Below are positions 1 to 9,535 of a DNA stretch of 59,242 nucleotides, one piece after another (the stretch's first letter is position 1; each line of letters starts with the position of its first letter). The notes under the pieces are model-generated. The model did not search any database, was not told the DNA's origin, and worked only from the letters and a program-made list of their open reading frames with translations. Position numbers and translations under genes: made by a program. The stretch is from an uncultured Rickettsiales bacterium (lineage in GTDB: Bacteria > Pseudomonadota > Alphaproteobacteria > Rickettsiales > JABCZZ01), in the NCBI GenBank assembly GCA_964454545.1, contig CAYVTI010000010.1, forward strand, positions 1 to 59,242, given 5' to 3'.

Positions 1-165
1 CATAACCCGATCGCTGTGACACCCAAGATGCTGGCCGCGGAGGCGCTTCGCATCATGAACGTCAACGAAAAATCGAAATCGATTACCAGCCTGTTTGTCG
101 TAAGCAACGACAAACCCATAGGCATATTAAGCGTGCATGACTGCCTGCGCGCCGGGGTAATATAA
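1..165 (+). CDS. Arabinose-5-phosphate isomerase (KpsF/GutQ type), 3' end only
   Basis: Frame +1 is open from the window edge to TAA at 163-165. The tail ...LAAEALRIMNVNEKSKSITSLFVVSNDKPIGILSVHDCLRAGVI looks like the terminal CBS domain of KpsF/GutQ proteins. Confidence 0.55.
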   Translation, partial: HNPIAVTPKMLAAEALRIMNVNEKSKSITSLFVVSNDKPIGILSVHDCLRAGVI

Positions 166-186
166 ACCTAAAAAAGGAAATTCGCC

Positions 187-585
187 ATGCGTACCAAACA
201 ATCTCTCACCCTATCTGATGCCCAGAAAGTTATAACCGCCTGCAAGGTGGAAGCCGAGAAGAACAACTGGAAAGTAAGCATCGCCGTAGTGGATGAAGGC
301 GGCTACCTGATACAGTTTGAACGCGCCGACGGAGCGCCGCTGCCAAGCGCAGACATCGCCATCGGCAAAGCCCGCACCGCAGCGCTGGCAAGGGTTGCGA
401 CACGCCAGCTGGAGGACACTATCAAAGAACGCCCGGCTATGCTTACTTTCCCCGGCCGCACACCGGTACAGGGCGGAGTGCCGCTTTTCCACGACAATGA
501 ATGCATTGGCGGCATCGGCGTCTCCGGCGTCAAATCACCGGAAGACGAACAGATTGCGTTGGCGGGGAGTAAAGCCTTAAGCTAA
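187..585 (+). CDS. GlcG/HbpS-like (DUF336) haem-degrading/haem-binding family protein
   Basis: 132-aa ORF. Segments ...VSIAVVDEGGYLIQFERADGA...SADIAIGKARTAA... and ...GGVPL...CIGGIGVSG...EDEQIA match the GlcG/DUF336 pattern. Confidence 0.75.
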   Translation: MRTKQSLTLSDAQKVITACKVEAEKNNWKVSIAVVDEGGYLIQFERADGAPLPSADIAIGKARTAALARVATRQLEDTIKERPAMLTFPGRTPVQGGVPLFHDNECIGGIGVSGVKSPEDEQIALAGSKALS

Positions 586-2156
586 AAAGCCGCTGCCAAT
601 AGCGCACGGGTATAATCCTCTTCAGGATGAGAGAAAATCTGGTCGGCGCTACCGCTTTCCACTATCCTGCCCTGCTGTAACACCACGATAGTATGGCTTA
701 TGGCGCGCACGACGCGCAGATCATGGCTGATGAACAGATAGGAAAGTCCATATTTCTGCTGCAATGCACTAAGCAGGTCGAGTATCTGCGCCTGCACGGA
801 GAGATCGAGCGCCGAAGTCGGCTCATCTAGAATAATCAGTTTGGGCCTTAGCACCAGCGCGCGCGCAATGCTGATGCGTTGCCGCTGGCCTCCGGAAAAT
901 TCATGTGGGTAGCGGTATTTCATCTCCGGCGAAAGCCCTACTTCAAGCAATATGCTGTCTACCTTATTCTCGCGTTCCTTCAGGGAAAGATTTTTCTCAT
1001 GAACATCCAGCCCTTCGCGGATAATCTCGCCGATATACATACGCGGGTTAAGGCTTGAATACGGATCCTGAAAAACAATCTGCATGTCACGCCGCTTATA
1101 TCTCAGTGCATCACCGGAAATTTTATCTATGCGTTCGCCGTCAAAAATAATTTCGCCACTGCTTTTCACTAGCCGGAGCAGCGCCAGAGCCAACGTAGTC
1201 TTTCCAGACCCCGACTCCCCCACAACGCCAAGCGTCGTTCCCTCCTGCACTGACAGATTGATACCGGAAAGTACACTTTTATAGGACTTCTTCCATGCCA
1301 GCAGCTTCCTGCTTTTCTCAAACTCAACAGCCAAATCACGGCACTTCATTATTACCAGCGCACCACCTGCCACCGGATACGGCCTGCTTTTAGGCTCTGA
1401 CGAAAGCAGGTGTCTCGTATAAGGATGCTTGGGATTGGCAAAAATCTCTTGCGTATTCCCCATTTCGACAATGCTTCCCTGCGTCATGATCGCAATACGG
1501 TCAGCCACCTTACGCACAATGGTCAAATCATGGGTAATCAGCAGCACCGACATACCCAATCTTTTGCGTAGTGATCTCAGTAGGTTAAGGATTTGCGCCT
1601 GTATGGTGACATCCAGCGCCGTCGTCGGCTCATCGGCAATCAGCAGTACCGGGTTATTGGCAATCGCGATGGCAATCATCACCCTTTGGCGCTCGCCGCC
1701 GGAAAGCTGGTGCGGGTAAGCGTCAAGCCGGTCTTTGAAGCTGCCAAGTCCTACCCCTTCAAGCAGTTCCACAACACGCGCATGCAGTTCCGCCTTGCTT
1801 AAATCATTATAGACTTCTATGGCCTCGCTAATTTGCCTGCCGATAGTGTGGAGCGGGTTGAGCGACGTCATCGGTTCCTGGAAAATCATCCCGGCATCTT
1901 TACCGCGCAAGCATGTGATCTGTGACTTGTGACCTGTGATCCGCAAATTCTCCTTACCAGCTACTGACCACTGGCCACTGGCAACTAAACCCTGCGGCAG
2001 CAAATCCATAATGGAAAGCGCGGTCAGTGTTTTGCCGGAACCAGACTCCCCGACCAGCGCCAGTATTTCACCCTTTTTTATGTCAAACGAGACATTGTTG
2101 ACGAGTTTCCTGTCGCCGATGAATACGGTCAGGTTATGCAGGGATAACGCCTTCAT
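582..2156 (-). CDS. yejF: ABC transporter ATP-binding protein with duplicated ATPase domains (YejF/oligopeptide-microcin C importer type)
   Basis: 524 aa with two Walker A motifs (GESGSGKT twice), two LSGG(E/Q)RQR signatures and two Walker B motifs ([16 protein letters not shown]). It overlaps the upstream permease gene by 4 nt. Confidence 0.85.
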   Translation of the reverse strand: MKALSLHNLTVFIGDRKLVNNVSFDIKKGEILALVGESGSGKTLTALSIMDLLPQGLVASGQWSVAGKENLRITGHKSQITCLRGKDAGMIFQEPMTSLNPLHTIGRQISEAIEVYNDLSKAELHARVVELLEGVGLGSFKDRLDAYPHQLSGGERQRVMIAIAIANNPVLLIADEPTTALDVTIQAQILNLLRSLRKRLGMSVLLITHDLTIVRKVADRIAIMTQGSIVEMGNTQEIFANPKHPYTRHLLSSEPKSRPYPVAGGALVIMKCRDLAVEFEKSRKLLAWKKSYKSVLSGINLSVQEGTTLGVVGESGSGKTTLALALLRLVKSSGEIIFDGERIDKISGDALRYKRRDMQIVFQDPYSSLNPRMYIGEIIREGLDVHEKNLSLKERENKVDSILLEVGLSPEMKYRYPHEFSGGQRQRISIARALVLRPKLIILDEPTSALDLSVQAQILDLLSALQQKYGLSYLFISHDLRVVRAISHTIVVLQQGRIVESGSADQIFSHPEEDYTRALLAAAF

Positions 2157-3163
2157 GTCTGTTTTCTCGGATCAAAAGCCTGGCGCACCGCTTCGCCGAT
2201 AAATACCAGCAGGCTCAGCATGGCAGCCAATGTGATAAATCCGGTGATGCCAAGCCACGCAGCCTGAGGATTTGCCTTGCCCTGCGCCAGCAGTTCACCA
2301 AGCGACGGCGAACCCGGCGGCAGGCCAAAGCCAAGGAAATCAAGCGACGTCAGCGTCACGATGGAACCGTTCATCACAAACGGAATGAATGTAATCGTAG
2401 AGACAAGCGCGTTAGGCAGTACATGGCGGCTGATGATTTTCCATTCATTTACGCCCAGCGCGCGCGCCGCCCGCACGTAATCGAAATTGCGCGTGCGCAG
2501 GAATTCCGCGCGCACGACATGCACAAGCTGCATCCATGAAAAAAGCACCATCAGCCCGAGCAGCCACCAGATATTCGGCTCGACGATGCTCGCAAGTATG
2601 ATAAGCATGTAAATCTCCGGCAGCCCTCCCCAGATTTCCATAAAACGCTGGAACAGGAGATCGGTCAGACCGCCGAAATATCCCTGTACTGCGCCTGCCG
2701 TAATCCCTATGGCGGAACTGATGGCGGTCAGCGCGAGGCCAAACAGCATGGAGATGCGGAAGCCATATATAAGCCGCGCAAGCACGTCGCGCCCCTGATC
2801 GTCCGTGCCCAGCAGGTTTTCCTTTGAAGGCGGCGAAGGTGCAGGCACCGCGTCATAATTGATAGTCTTGTAGCTGTAATGTATGGACGGCCATATCATC
2901 CATCCGCCCGCATTGATTTTCTTCACTACATAGGGATCACGAAAATCCGCCTCCGTCTGGAAATCCCCACCGAAAGTAGTTTCCGGATAAAAGCGCAGGA
3001 CGGGAAAATAATAGTGGCCGTGATATTTAAGGATGATCGGTTTGTCGTTGGCAATAAACTCAGCAAAGAGGCTCAGAAAAAACAACACGGATAAGATGAT
3101 GAGCGACCAGAAACCGCGTTTGTTTGCGTAAAATAACCTTAATCTGCGGCCGCTGATATGCAT
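2153..3163 (-). CDS. yejE: ABC transporter permease (YejE / Dpp-Opp C-type)
   Basis: 336 aa, multi-pass and hydrophobic. Carries the GTDDQGRDVLARLIYG motif typical of DppC/OppC/YejE permeases. Coupled to yejF by a 4-nt overlap. Confidence 0.85.
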   Translation of the reverse strand: MHISGRRLRLFYANKRGFWSLIILSVLFFLSLFAEFIANDKPIILKYHGHYYFPVLRFYPETTFGGDFQTEADFRDPYVVKKINAGGWMIWPSIHYSYKTINYDAVPAPSPPSKENLLGTDDQGRDVLARLIYGFRISMLFGLALTAISSAIGITAGAVQGYFGGLTDLLFQRFMEIWGGLPEIYMLIILASIVEPNIWWLLGLMVLFSWMQLVHVVRAEFLRTRNFDYVRAARALGVNEWKIISRHVLPNALVSTITFIPFVMNGSIVTLTSLDFLGFGLPPGSPSLGELLAQGKANPQAAWLGITGFITLAAMLSLLVFIGEAVRQAFDPRKQT

Positions 3164-3180
3164 TGCAAGTCATGCGTTCA

Positions 3181-3678
3181 TCAGGTGGTGCCGCGGCCGG
3201 CATCGCCACGCGCCTGCGATTTGCCGACTGCCGTGGGAGCAAGAGCGCCAAGATCAGCTTCAGAAACAATCTTGATTTTCTCAACCATCACGCCATTGCT
3301 TGCCAGAACCTGCCCTTCCTGTTTTACCAATGTGGCAATATCAGGGCGCGCGCGCGCCAGCTTTACCACCCGCTCAAAAGCCTGCTGCGCTGAGATGGCA
3401 AGCGCATTGCGCAACCGGGCAAGCGTGCTGCGCGACGGCACATCAGCGCCGTCGCCTTTTGGCGCGCGCAGGCCACGTTTCTTGAGGGCAGCGGCAAATT
3501 TCTTTTTTATCTTCTCTTTTTGCTCGCCTGACGCCGAAGCCATCATCAGTTCAAGCAACTGCTCTATGTTTTCACCCTTAGCCGCTGCTTCAACCGCCTG
3601 AGCCACTACCTGATCCTGCTGGCTCTCCTGCTCCTTGTTGAAGTACTCCGCATCCTCGGAATTATAGTCGTTCGTCAT
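3181..3678 (-). CDS. Hypothetical protein (acidic N-terminus, K-rich centre, no Cys)
   Basis: 165-aa ORF on the same strand as dnaX-ybaB-yejEF. GGAG lies 5 nt upstream of the ATG. The overlapping plus-strand ORFs are Ala/Arg/Ser/Pro-rich shadow frames. I recognise no family motif. Confidence 0.5.
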   Translation of the reverse strand: MTNDYNSEDAEYFNKEQESQQDQVVAQAVEAAAKGENIEQLLELMMASASGEQKEKIKKKFAAALKKRGLRAPKGDGADVPSRSTLARLRNALAISAQQAFERVVKLARARPDIATLVKQEGQVLASNGVMVEKIKIVSEADLGALAPTAVGKSQARGDAGRGTT

Positions 3679-3704
3679 AAACGCTCCGTGCCATTAACGT
3701 TGTG

Positions 3705-4025
3705 TTAAAAAGGAAGTTTCATCCCCGGCGGCAGTCCCATGCCGCCTGCAATTTTCGCCATCTGGTCGTTCATATTGGCTTCTACCTTGCCCTTAGCGTC
3801 ATTGAAAGCCGCGATGACCAGATCCTCAAGCATTTCCTTTTCATTCGGATCGATCAGGCTTTTATCGATGCTAAGCTTCTTCGCCACCCCCTTGCCGTTC
3901 ATCGTGACGACGACCATGCCGCCTCCGGAACTGCCCTCACTTTCCTCTTCCTCAAGCCTGGCCTGCATGCTGGCGATCTTATTCTGCATTTCCTGTGCCT
4001 GCTTCATCATCTTCTGTATGTTCAT
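3705..4025 (-). CDS. ybaB: Nucleoid-associated protein YbaB/EbfC
   Basis: 106 aa. MMKQAQEMQ...MQ..L......G.SGGGMV.V.M.G......L.ID.SLIDP.....LEDL..AA.NDA is the YbaB signature. Located immediately downstream of dnaX, as is usual. Confidence 0.9.
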   Translation of the reverse strand: MNIQKMMKQAQEMQNKIASMQARLEEEESEGSSGGGMVVVTMNGKGVAKKLSIDKSLIDPNEKEMLEDLVIAAFNDAKGKVEANMNDQMAKIAGGMGLPPGMKLPF

Positions 4026-4029
4026 CGTA

Positions 4030-5682
4030 TCACTCCTTATGTATTACTTTCACTACTTCCGCACCCGGAAAATTTTCCATTACCGCAGCGACCAAAGGGT
4101 GTGATTTAATTGCTTCCCTCTCTTGCGCTGCCTGCCTGTCCTTTTGTACCTGCAGCGGCTCTTCCCCCGCCTCATGCGCCGACAACATCACCACCCAGCG
4201 CCTGCCCGTCCAATCGCTCAGATGTTTACCTATGCGCCCGACAGAATCCGTCGGCACATCCGCTGTGATATGCAGTTCGATGCGCCCCTGCTCAAATCCG
4301 ACGAGGCGGGCATCGCGCATGAGATAATTATAGAGCACGATTTCCCGGCGGGCCCTGAACAATTCCACGGCATCAGCAAACGTTGCAACATTCACCGCTT
4401 CAACCTGGCTATGCTGCACGGCAGGCTGAGGCTGCGCCACAACCTGATTGGTAGTAATAAGCGCAACCGGAGCCCGCGCAGGCGATGATGGCGGAGGGTT
4501 GCTGCCGTTCCCCTGGGATAAAGCCTCTCCCTTCCTGACGCTGCGGATTAAGTCAGACGGCGTCGGCAAATCGGCGCTATGGGCAATGCGGATAAGCGTC
4601 ATCTCGGCGCTCGCCGCCGGATCGGGCGCAACCCGCGTTTCCTGCAGCCCCTTCAGCAACATTTGCCAGAATCTGGTGAGTGCGCTGATCGGAAGCTTCG
4701 TCGCAAGCTCCGCAGCGAATCCACGCTCATTTTCTGCAAAAGTCACGTCGCTGGCGGAAGACGGGGTAATCTTAATCCGGGCGACGAAATGCACGAGCGC
4801 CAGCAAATCCTGCAGCAATACCGCCGGATCGGCGCCTGCCGCATAGAGCCTGCGGAATTCAGTGAGCGATGCGCCTACATCACCTGCGCATAACTTCTCC
4901 AGCAGGTTGAATAGCTGCGACTTGTCGTTCATGCCGAGCATGTCACGCACGACGGAAGCCTGAATAACGCTGTTCTCCCCGGCCGTATGGGCAATCGCCT
5001 GATCGAGCAGCGAGAGCGCGTCCCGCACCGAGCCTTCCGCCGCATCTGCAATCAGCGCCAGCGCTTCCTCTTCGGCAGAGATGGACTCCTTGGCGGCAAT
5101 GTTGCTCAGGTGTTTTGCAAGTTCCTGCGTCTCTATGCGCTTCAACTCGAATTTCTGGCAGCGGGAAAGAATGGTGACCGGGATTTTACGCAGCTCCGTC
5201 GTCGCAAAAATGAATTTCACATGCGCGGGCGGCTCTTCCAGCGTCTTAAGCAGCGCATTGAAGGCGCTGTTGGAAAGCATGTGGACTTCGTCGATGATAT
5301 ACACCTTGGCGCGCGCGGAATTCGGTAGGTACTGCACGCTGCTTATGATATCGCGGATACCCTCCACACTGGTGTTGCTCGCGGCGTCTATCTCCAGCAC
5401 ATCCATGTGCCGGCTTTCTGCAATCATCTTGCAGTTGCTGCACACCCCGCACGGGCTTATCGTTGCGCTACCCTGCCCGTCCGGCCCGATGCAGTTGAGC
5501 GCCCGCGCAATGATGCGCGCCGTCGTGGTCTTGCCGATACCACGAATGCCGGTAAGCAGAAAGGCATGCGCCACACGCCCGGTGGCAAACGCATTGGTGA
5601 GCGTGCGCACGAGCACGTCCTGGCCGACGAGATCGGCGAAGGTCTGCGGGCGGTATTTACGGGCAAGAACGCGGTATTCCAT
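4030..5682 (-). CDS. dnaX: DNA polymerase III subunit gamma/tau
   Basis: MEYRVLARKYRPQTFADLVGQD..., Walker A GIRGIGKTTTARI, a Cys cluster (CGVCSNC) and IIDEVHMLS. The ORF extends to 5724, but the conserved N-terminus begins at the ATG at 5680-5682. Confidence 0.9.
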   Translation of the reverse strand: MEYRVLARKYRPQTFADLVGQDVLVRTLTNAFATGRVAHAFLLTGIRGIGKTTTARIIARALNCIGPDGQGSATISPCGVCSNCKMIAESRHMDVLEIDAASNTSVEGIRDIISSVQYLPNSARAKVYIIDEVHMLSNSAFNALLKTLEEPPAHVKFIFATTELRKIPVTILSRCQKFELKRIETQELAKHLSNIAAKESISAEEEALALIADAAEGSVRDALSLLDQAIAHTAGENSVIQASVVRDMLGMNDKSQLFNLLEKLCAGDVGASLTEFRRLYAAGADPAVLLQDLLALVHFVARIKITPSSASDVTFAENERGFAAELATKLPISALTRFWQMLLKGLQETRVAPDPAASAEMTLIRIAHSADLPTPSDLIRSVRKGEALSQGNGSNPPPSSPARAPVALITTNQVVAQPQPAVQHSQVEAVNVATFADAVELFRARREIVLYNYLMRDARLVGFEQGRIELHITADVPTDSVGRIGKHLSDWTGRRWVVMLSAHEAGEEPLQVQKDRQAAQEREAIKSHPLVAAVMENFPGAEVVKVIHKE

Positions 5683-5763
5683 AAACAGTGGCGAGAGTTG
5701 AGCGGTTAGCAAAAATCGCCGCATAATTCGTTGCTATGGAGCAGAATTAGGCACGATTTTTAT

Positions 5764-5850
5764 GACTGGCGGTGACCCGATGCTTTACCTGCTACGGCTG
5801 CTTCCTCTCGGACCTGACCGGCTTCACAGGGGCACCGCCCACCGCCAGCC
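5764..5850 (-). ncRNA. ffs: Signal recognition particle RNA (small/4.5S type)
   Basis: The minus-strand sequence contains GGUCAGGUCCGAGAGGAAGCAGCC (the domain IV core). It is closed by a 9-bp terminal helix, CUGGCGGUG...CACCGCCAG. It sits upstream of dnaX, a common alphaproteobacterial position. Confidence 0.8.
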
Positions 5851-5907
5851 ATAAGCCACTATAGAATAAGTTAACGAAATACTGCAAGGAAAAGGTGCGG
5901 ATCGTCG

Positions 5908-6528
5908 TTAGCCCGCTATCTGCAAGGCTTTTGAAATATCGTCATGCACCACATTCACCGCCTGCCCTGCGTCAATCACCCGGTAACGGCCTGGATCGGC
6001 CCTAGCCAGATCCAGAAAACCCTGACGGACTTTTTGGTGGAATTCCATGTCCATGTTCTCAAACCGGGTTTCCTGCCCCGTGCGTGACTTGGCTCTTGCA
6101 ATGCCGGTATCCGGATCAATATCAAGGATAAAGGTAAGATCCGGCGCAAAATTGCCCAGCGTCAACTGATGAAGCTGACGGATATATTCTACCCCCAGCC
6201 CCTTGCCGATCCCCTGATAGACAATCGTGGAATCAAGGAAGCGGTCGCACAACACAATCTCGCCACGCGCCAGCGCTGGCTTTATGATGCGTTCCACATG
6301 CCCGATCCGCGCCGCCTGAAAAAGCAGTGTCTCTGAAACTTTGTCCCATTTATCTGCGTTCCCGGTAAGCAACAGTTGGCGGATGGCCTCACCCCCCACG
6401 CTCCCACCAGGCTCACGGGTAACGATGCAGTTCCTGCCCTGCCCGGCAAAATATTTCTGCAGCAGTTCAATCTGCGTCGTCTTGCCGCTGCCCTCGCCAC
6501 CCTCGAATGTGATGAATTTTCCACTCAT
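5908..6528 (-). CDS. tmk: Thymidylate kinase
   Basis: MSGKFITFEGGEGSGKTTQ P-loop, DRF motif and LD...P..G..R. The ORF-track start at 6549 is a TTG inside a repeat; the ATG at 6526-6528 fits the family N-terminus. Confidence 0.9.
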   Translation of the reverse strand: MSGKFITFEGGEGSGKTTQIELLQKYFAGQGRNCIVTREPGGSVGGEAIRQLLLTGNADKWDKVSETLLFQAARIGHVERIIKPALARGEIVLCDRFLDSTIVYQGIGKGLGVEYIRQLHQLTLGNFAPDLTFILDIDPDTGIARAKSRTGQETRFENMDMEFHQKVRQGFLDLARADPGRYRVIDAGQAVNVVHDDISKALQIAG

Positions 6529-6542
6529 GCTATTCTTATGCA

Positions 6543-6577
6543 CTTGCAACTTGCAACCTGCAACTTATAACTTAACT
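6543..6577. repeat. Degenerate tandem heptamer array, 5 units (cttgcaa cttgcaa cctgcaa cttataa cttaact)
   Basis: Read directly from the sequence. It occupies the divergent tmk/xthA spacer and ends 4 nt before the xthA ATG. Confidence 0.7.
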
Positions 6578-6581
6578 GCAT

Positions 6582-7373
6582 ATGAAAATAGCAACCTACA
6601 ACATCAACTCCGTCCGCATCCGCCTGAACGAGATCAAACAGGTAGTCAAAAAACTGGAGCCTGACATATTATGCCTGCAGGAAACCAAGGTTGAGAACTA
6701 TCTCTTCCCGGCAGAAGATGTAAAGAAGCTCGGCTTCGGACACGTCTATTTCAGCGGCCAGAAGAGCTATAACGGCGTGGCCCTGCTATCGCGCATTCCC
6801 CTGTATGATGTTACCAGCATGGATTTGCTGGACGTGGATCATAAACGCCATATCAGCGCGAGGCTCAGGAACGGCATTGAAATCCACAATTTCTATGTCC
6901 CGGCAGGCGGCGATATACCCGATCGCAGGCTGAACGAAAAATTCGACCAGAAACTGCGTTTCTGCGATGCCATGACCGCATGGGCAAAAAAATTGAAGGA
7001 CAAGAAACATCCGATAATCATCGCAGGCGATTTTAATATCGCGCCGCTTGAGCATGACGTCTGGTCGCACAGGCAGCTTCTCACTGTCGTAAGCCACACG
7101 CCGGTGGAGACCGAAGCGATGGAAAAATTCCGCCGGACGCTCGACTGGGTGGACACTTCCCGCCACTTTGTCCCGCATTCCGAGAAGCTCTACAGCTGGT
7201 GGAGCTACCGCAACCGGGACTGGAAAAAGTCCGACCGGGGCCGCAGGCTGGATCATATATGGATTACGCCGAACCTGCTGCCAAGCCTGAAATCCTCGCA
7301 TATCCTGCGTGAAGCCCGCGACTTCGCCAACCCTTCCGACCATGTGCCGGTGGTGACGGAACTGGATGTATAG
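6582..7373 (+). CDS. xthA: Exodeoxyribonuclease III
   Basis: 263 aa. MKIATYNINS.R........DILCLQETK...GDFN.AP...D......SDH.PV is the ExoIII/APE1 endonuclease pattern. Confidence 0.9.
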   Translation: MKIATYNINSVRIRLNEIKQVVKKLEPDILCLQETKVENYLFPAEDVKKLGFGHVYFSGQKSYNGVALLSRIPLYDVTSMDLLDVDHKRHISARLRNGIEIHNFYVPAGGDIPDRRLNEKFDQKLRFCDAMTAWAKKLKDKKHPIIIAGDFNIAPLEHDVWSHRQLLTVVSHTPVETEAMEKFRRTLDWVDTSRHFVPHSEKLYSWWSYRNRDWKKSDRGRRLDHIWITPNLLPSLKSSHILREARDFANPSDHVPVVTELDV

Positions 7374-7459
7374 CAGGGTAATTAATAAAACCTTAACTTT
7401 TTCTTTTTAAGATAGAAGGCAGATTTCAATAGCTTGTAAGGAACAGTCACCTCACTACT

Positions 7460-9535
7460 TTAGAATCTTCCGGTGATGCCCAAGAGCACCTGGCGCTCAA
7501 GAGCGGGATATGGGCTGGCATCTGTAATTCTATGAGAAAGATTAGTCCCTGATAGAGCAAGCGTAAAATTATCGCTGATATTGTAACCTATGCGCCCTGC
7601 CAGGCTGGAGTAACCGTCCGTTGGTCTGACGACGTACCCGCTCCGCAGCATTTCGGTTGAAGTGACATATTGGGCGTTGGCGTCAACTTCCCAATTATGG
7701 AACGTATAGCCCCCCAGCAGTCGGAAGTGATGTTCCGGTGCCGACCCCTGGTAGTTGATGGACTGCTGGACGCGTGTTTGGTCTTTCAAGCTGGCGAGAC
7801 TGTAGCTGGCATCCCAGCGAAATCCGTCGTGAGCCCCTTTTACTTGTATTTCGCCACCTGCGCCCCAGCTGTCTCCAACATTGACGGCATAGGCAGCAAG
7901 GGTACGATTTCCAAACATGCCAACAGGCGAAAATTTTGTAGCCCAATACGCCGCCGTTATATCTGTGTTCGTTTCATAAAACAGGGAAAATTTTGCTTCT
8001 GAAAATAGGTTTAGCAGCTTACGGGTATAGTCAAGGTCATATTCCTCGACCACGGTAGGCTTCAGTTTTGGGTTGCCTTCCAGATCCAGGTAAAACGCCA
8101 CCGGGAAAACCTGCACCAAATTATCGCTACTCTCGATAAAGCTGGGTTGCTGGATACCACGTCCATAGCCTGCCCGTACGGAATCCACATCCGTTATCTT
8201 GTAATTCAGGCTGGAATTTGCACTCCATACACCATTCACATGCGAATAATCAGCATCACTGAAGACCGTCCCCGGCACCAGTGCGCCAAGGTTAGATGTC
8301 TGCCGGCGATCACCGCGAAGCGAGTTGGTGAATGTTATTTTATCATTAATCGTCCAGAGCCACGTGCCGCCGATGGAGTCGGTGGTTTCTCCCGTCTCAT
8401 AGCGTACGGGATAGGGAGGCAGTGAAAACTGACCGAAGGCATTGTATGAAATAGCGCCATCCCGGAATGTCTTATAGCGCTGCTCCAACGTAATGCGGAA
8501 CGTGTGATCCAGACCAACACGGAACTCATCCTGAATCTGGTTGGATAAGAGGGTCATGATGTTGACATAAAAATCACCCTCTTTGATGGAATAGTCTGAG
8601 TGATTCAGATAATTATCGGTTGATAATCTCCCAATAGGAGAATCCCACGTGGCCCCGCCTCTGAATGAATACGTGGTCGTATGCTGACCGGCCATGATAA
8701 AACCGGAGGTCGGATCGCTGGCATTGCCGATGCTCTCTGAATAGGTAGCCTCTCCGTTAAAGAGGAGACCGGGCGTGACTTTCACCACCGTGCTGTCGGT
8801 AATATAGCGATGGTACGGGGTAAGAATACCCTCCACTTCGTGGGGGTTTTGCTTCGTCGTGAATTCATCCACATTTAACCCGCCGGCTGAAATCTTGGTA
8901 CCGCCCCAATCGGCGTGCAAGGTAGTGGTAAAATCACCCACATACTCTTTTTGTGTGCCGATTCCAGCAAAAGCGACGTTGTTTTTGTCATACAACGGAC
9001 TATAGGTGACGATGTTAATTACGCCGCCAGCGGCATTAGTACCAAACAGGGCGGTAGCCGGGCCTTTTACCACTTCAATTTGCCGTATATCATCAATATT
9101 AACCGGCAGGTTCTCCCAAACCGTGCGGGAGAAGTCGTCAATAAAAACTTGCCTGCCGTCGATAAGCACCAGCAACCTTGGTTGCATCGGTTCCTGATAC
9201 CCACGCACTCCCACATCAAATACATTGATACCGGTATGGAGAATGTCCAGCCCTGGAACCCTGGAGAGAATATCGGGAATATTTCTGCTTCCTGATTGGC
9301 GGATCTCATCAGCGGTAATGATGGTCATATTGGCAGCAACTTCGCTGGCCCGCTGGGGCGTGCCGGTGGCACTGGTAGTAATAGGTTCTCCAAACATTGT
9401 TTGAAGAGAACCGTAATTTATGAATTGTGCATAACCAGGGGCGCTTAGACTTAAGGTAGCTATAAAAGCAGAAACAGCATAAAGAGACTTCCGTGCTTTA
9501 CCTTCATTATTTTTCCTTCTGCCTGTGTGATTCAT
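7460..9535 (-). CDS. TonB-dependent outer-membrane receptor
   Basis: 691 aa with a signal peptide. Plug-domain motifs are present (IITADEIRQSG..NIPDILSRVPG, IEVVKGPATALFGTNAAGGVINIVT), and the protein ends in a C-terminal aromatic residue (...LLGITGRF). Confidence 0.9.
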   Translation of the reverse strand: MNHTGRRKNNEGKARKSLYAVSAFIATLSLSAPGYAQFINYGSLQTMFGEPITTSATGTPQRASEVAANMTIITADEIRQSGSRNIPDILSRVPGLDILHTGINVFDVGVRGYQEPMQPRLLVLIDGRQVFIDDFSRTVWENLPVNIDDIRQIEVVKGPATALFGTNAAGGVINIVTYSPLYDKNNVAFAGIGTQKEYVGDFTTTLHADWGGTKISAGGLNVDEFTTKQNPHEVEGILTPYHRYITDSTVVKVTPGLLFNGEATYSESIGNASDPTSGFIMAGQHTTTYSFRGGATWDSPIGRLSTDNYLNHSDYSIKEGDFYVNIMTLLSNQIQDEFRVGLDHTFRITLEQRYKTFRDGAISYNAFGQFSLPPYPVRYETGETTDSIGGTWLWTINDKITFTNSLRGDRRQTSNLGALVPGTVFSDADYSHVNGVWSANSSLNYKITDVDSVRAGYGRGIQQPSFIESSDNLVQVFPVAFYLDLEGNPKLKPTVVEEYDLDYTRKLLNLFSEAKFSLFYETNTDITAAYWATKFSPVGMFGNRTLAAYAVNVGDSWGAGGEIQVKGAHDGFRWDASYSLASLKDQTRVQQSINYQGSAPEHHFRLLGGYTFHNWEVDANAQYVTSTEMLRSGYVVRPTDGYSSLAGRIGYNISDNFTLALSGTNLSHRITDASPYPALERQVLLGITGRF

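Noticed and set aside
4030-5682. Programmed -1 frameshift site (A AAA AAG type) in dnaX
   Set aside because: I did not see the heptanucleotide on the coding strand when reading the gene. There is no support for a gamma/tau frameshift signal here.
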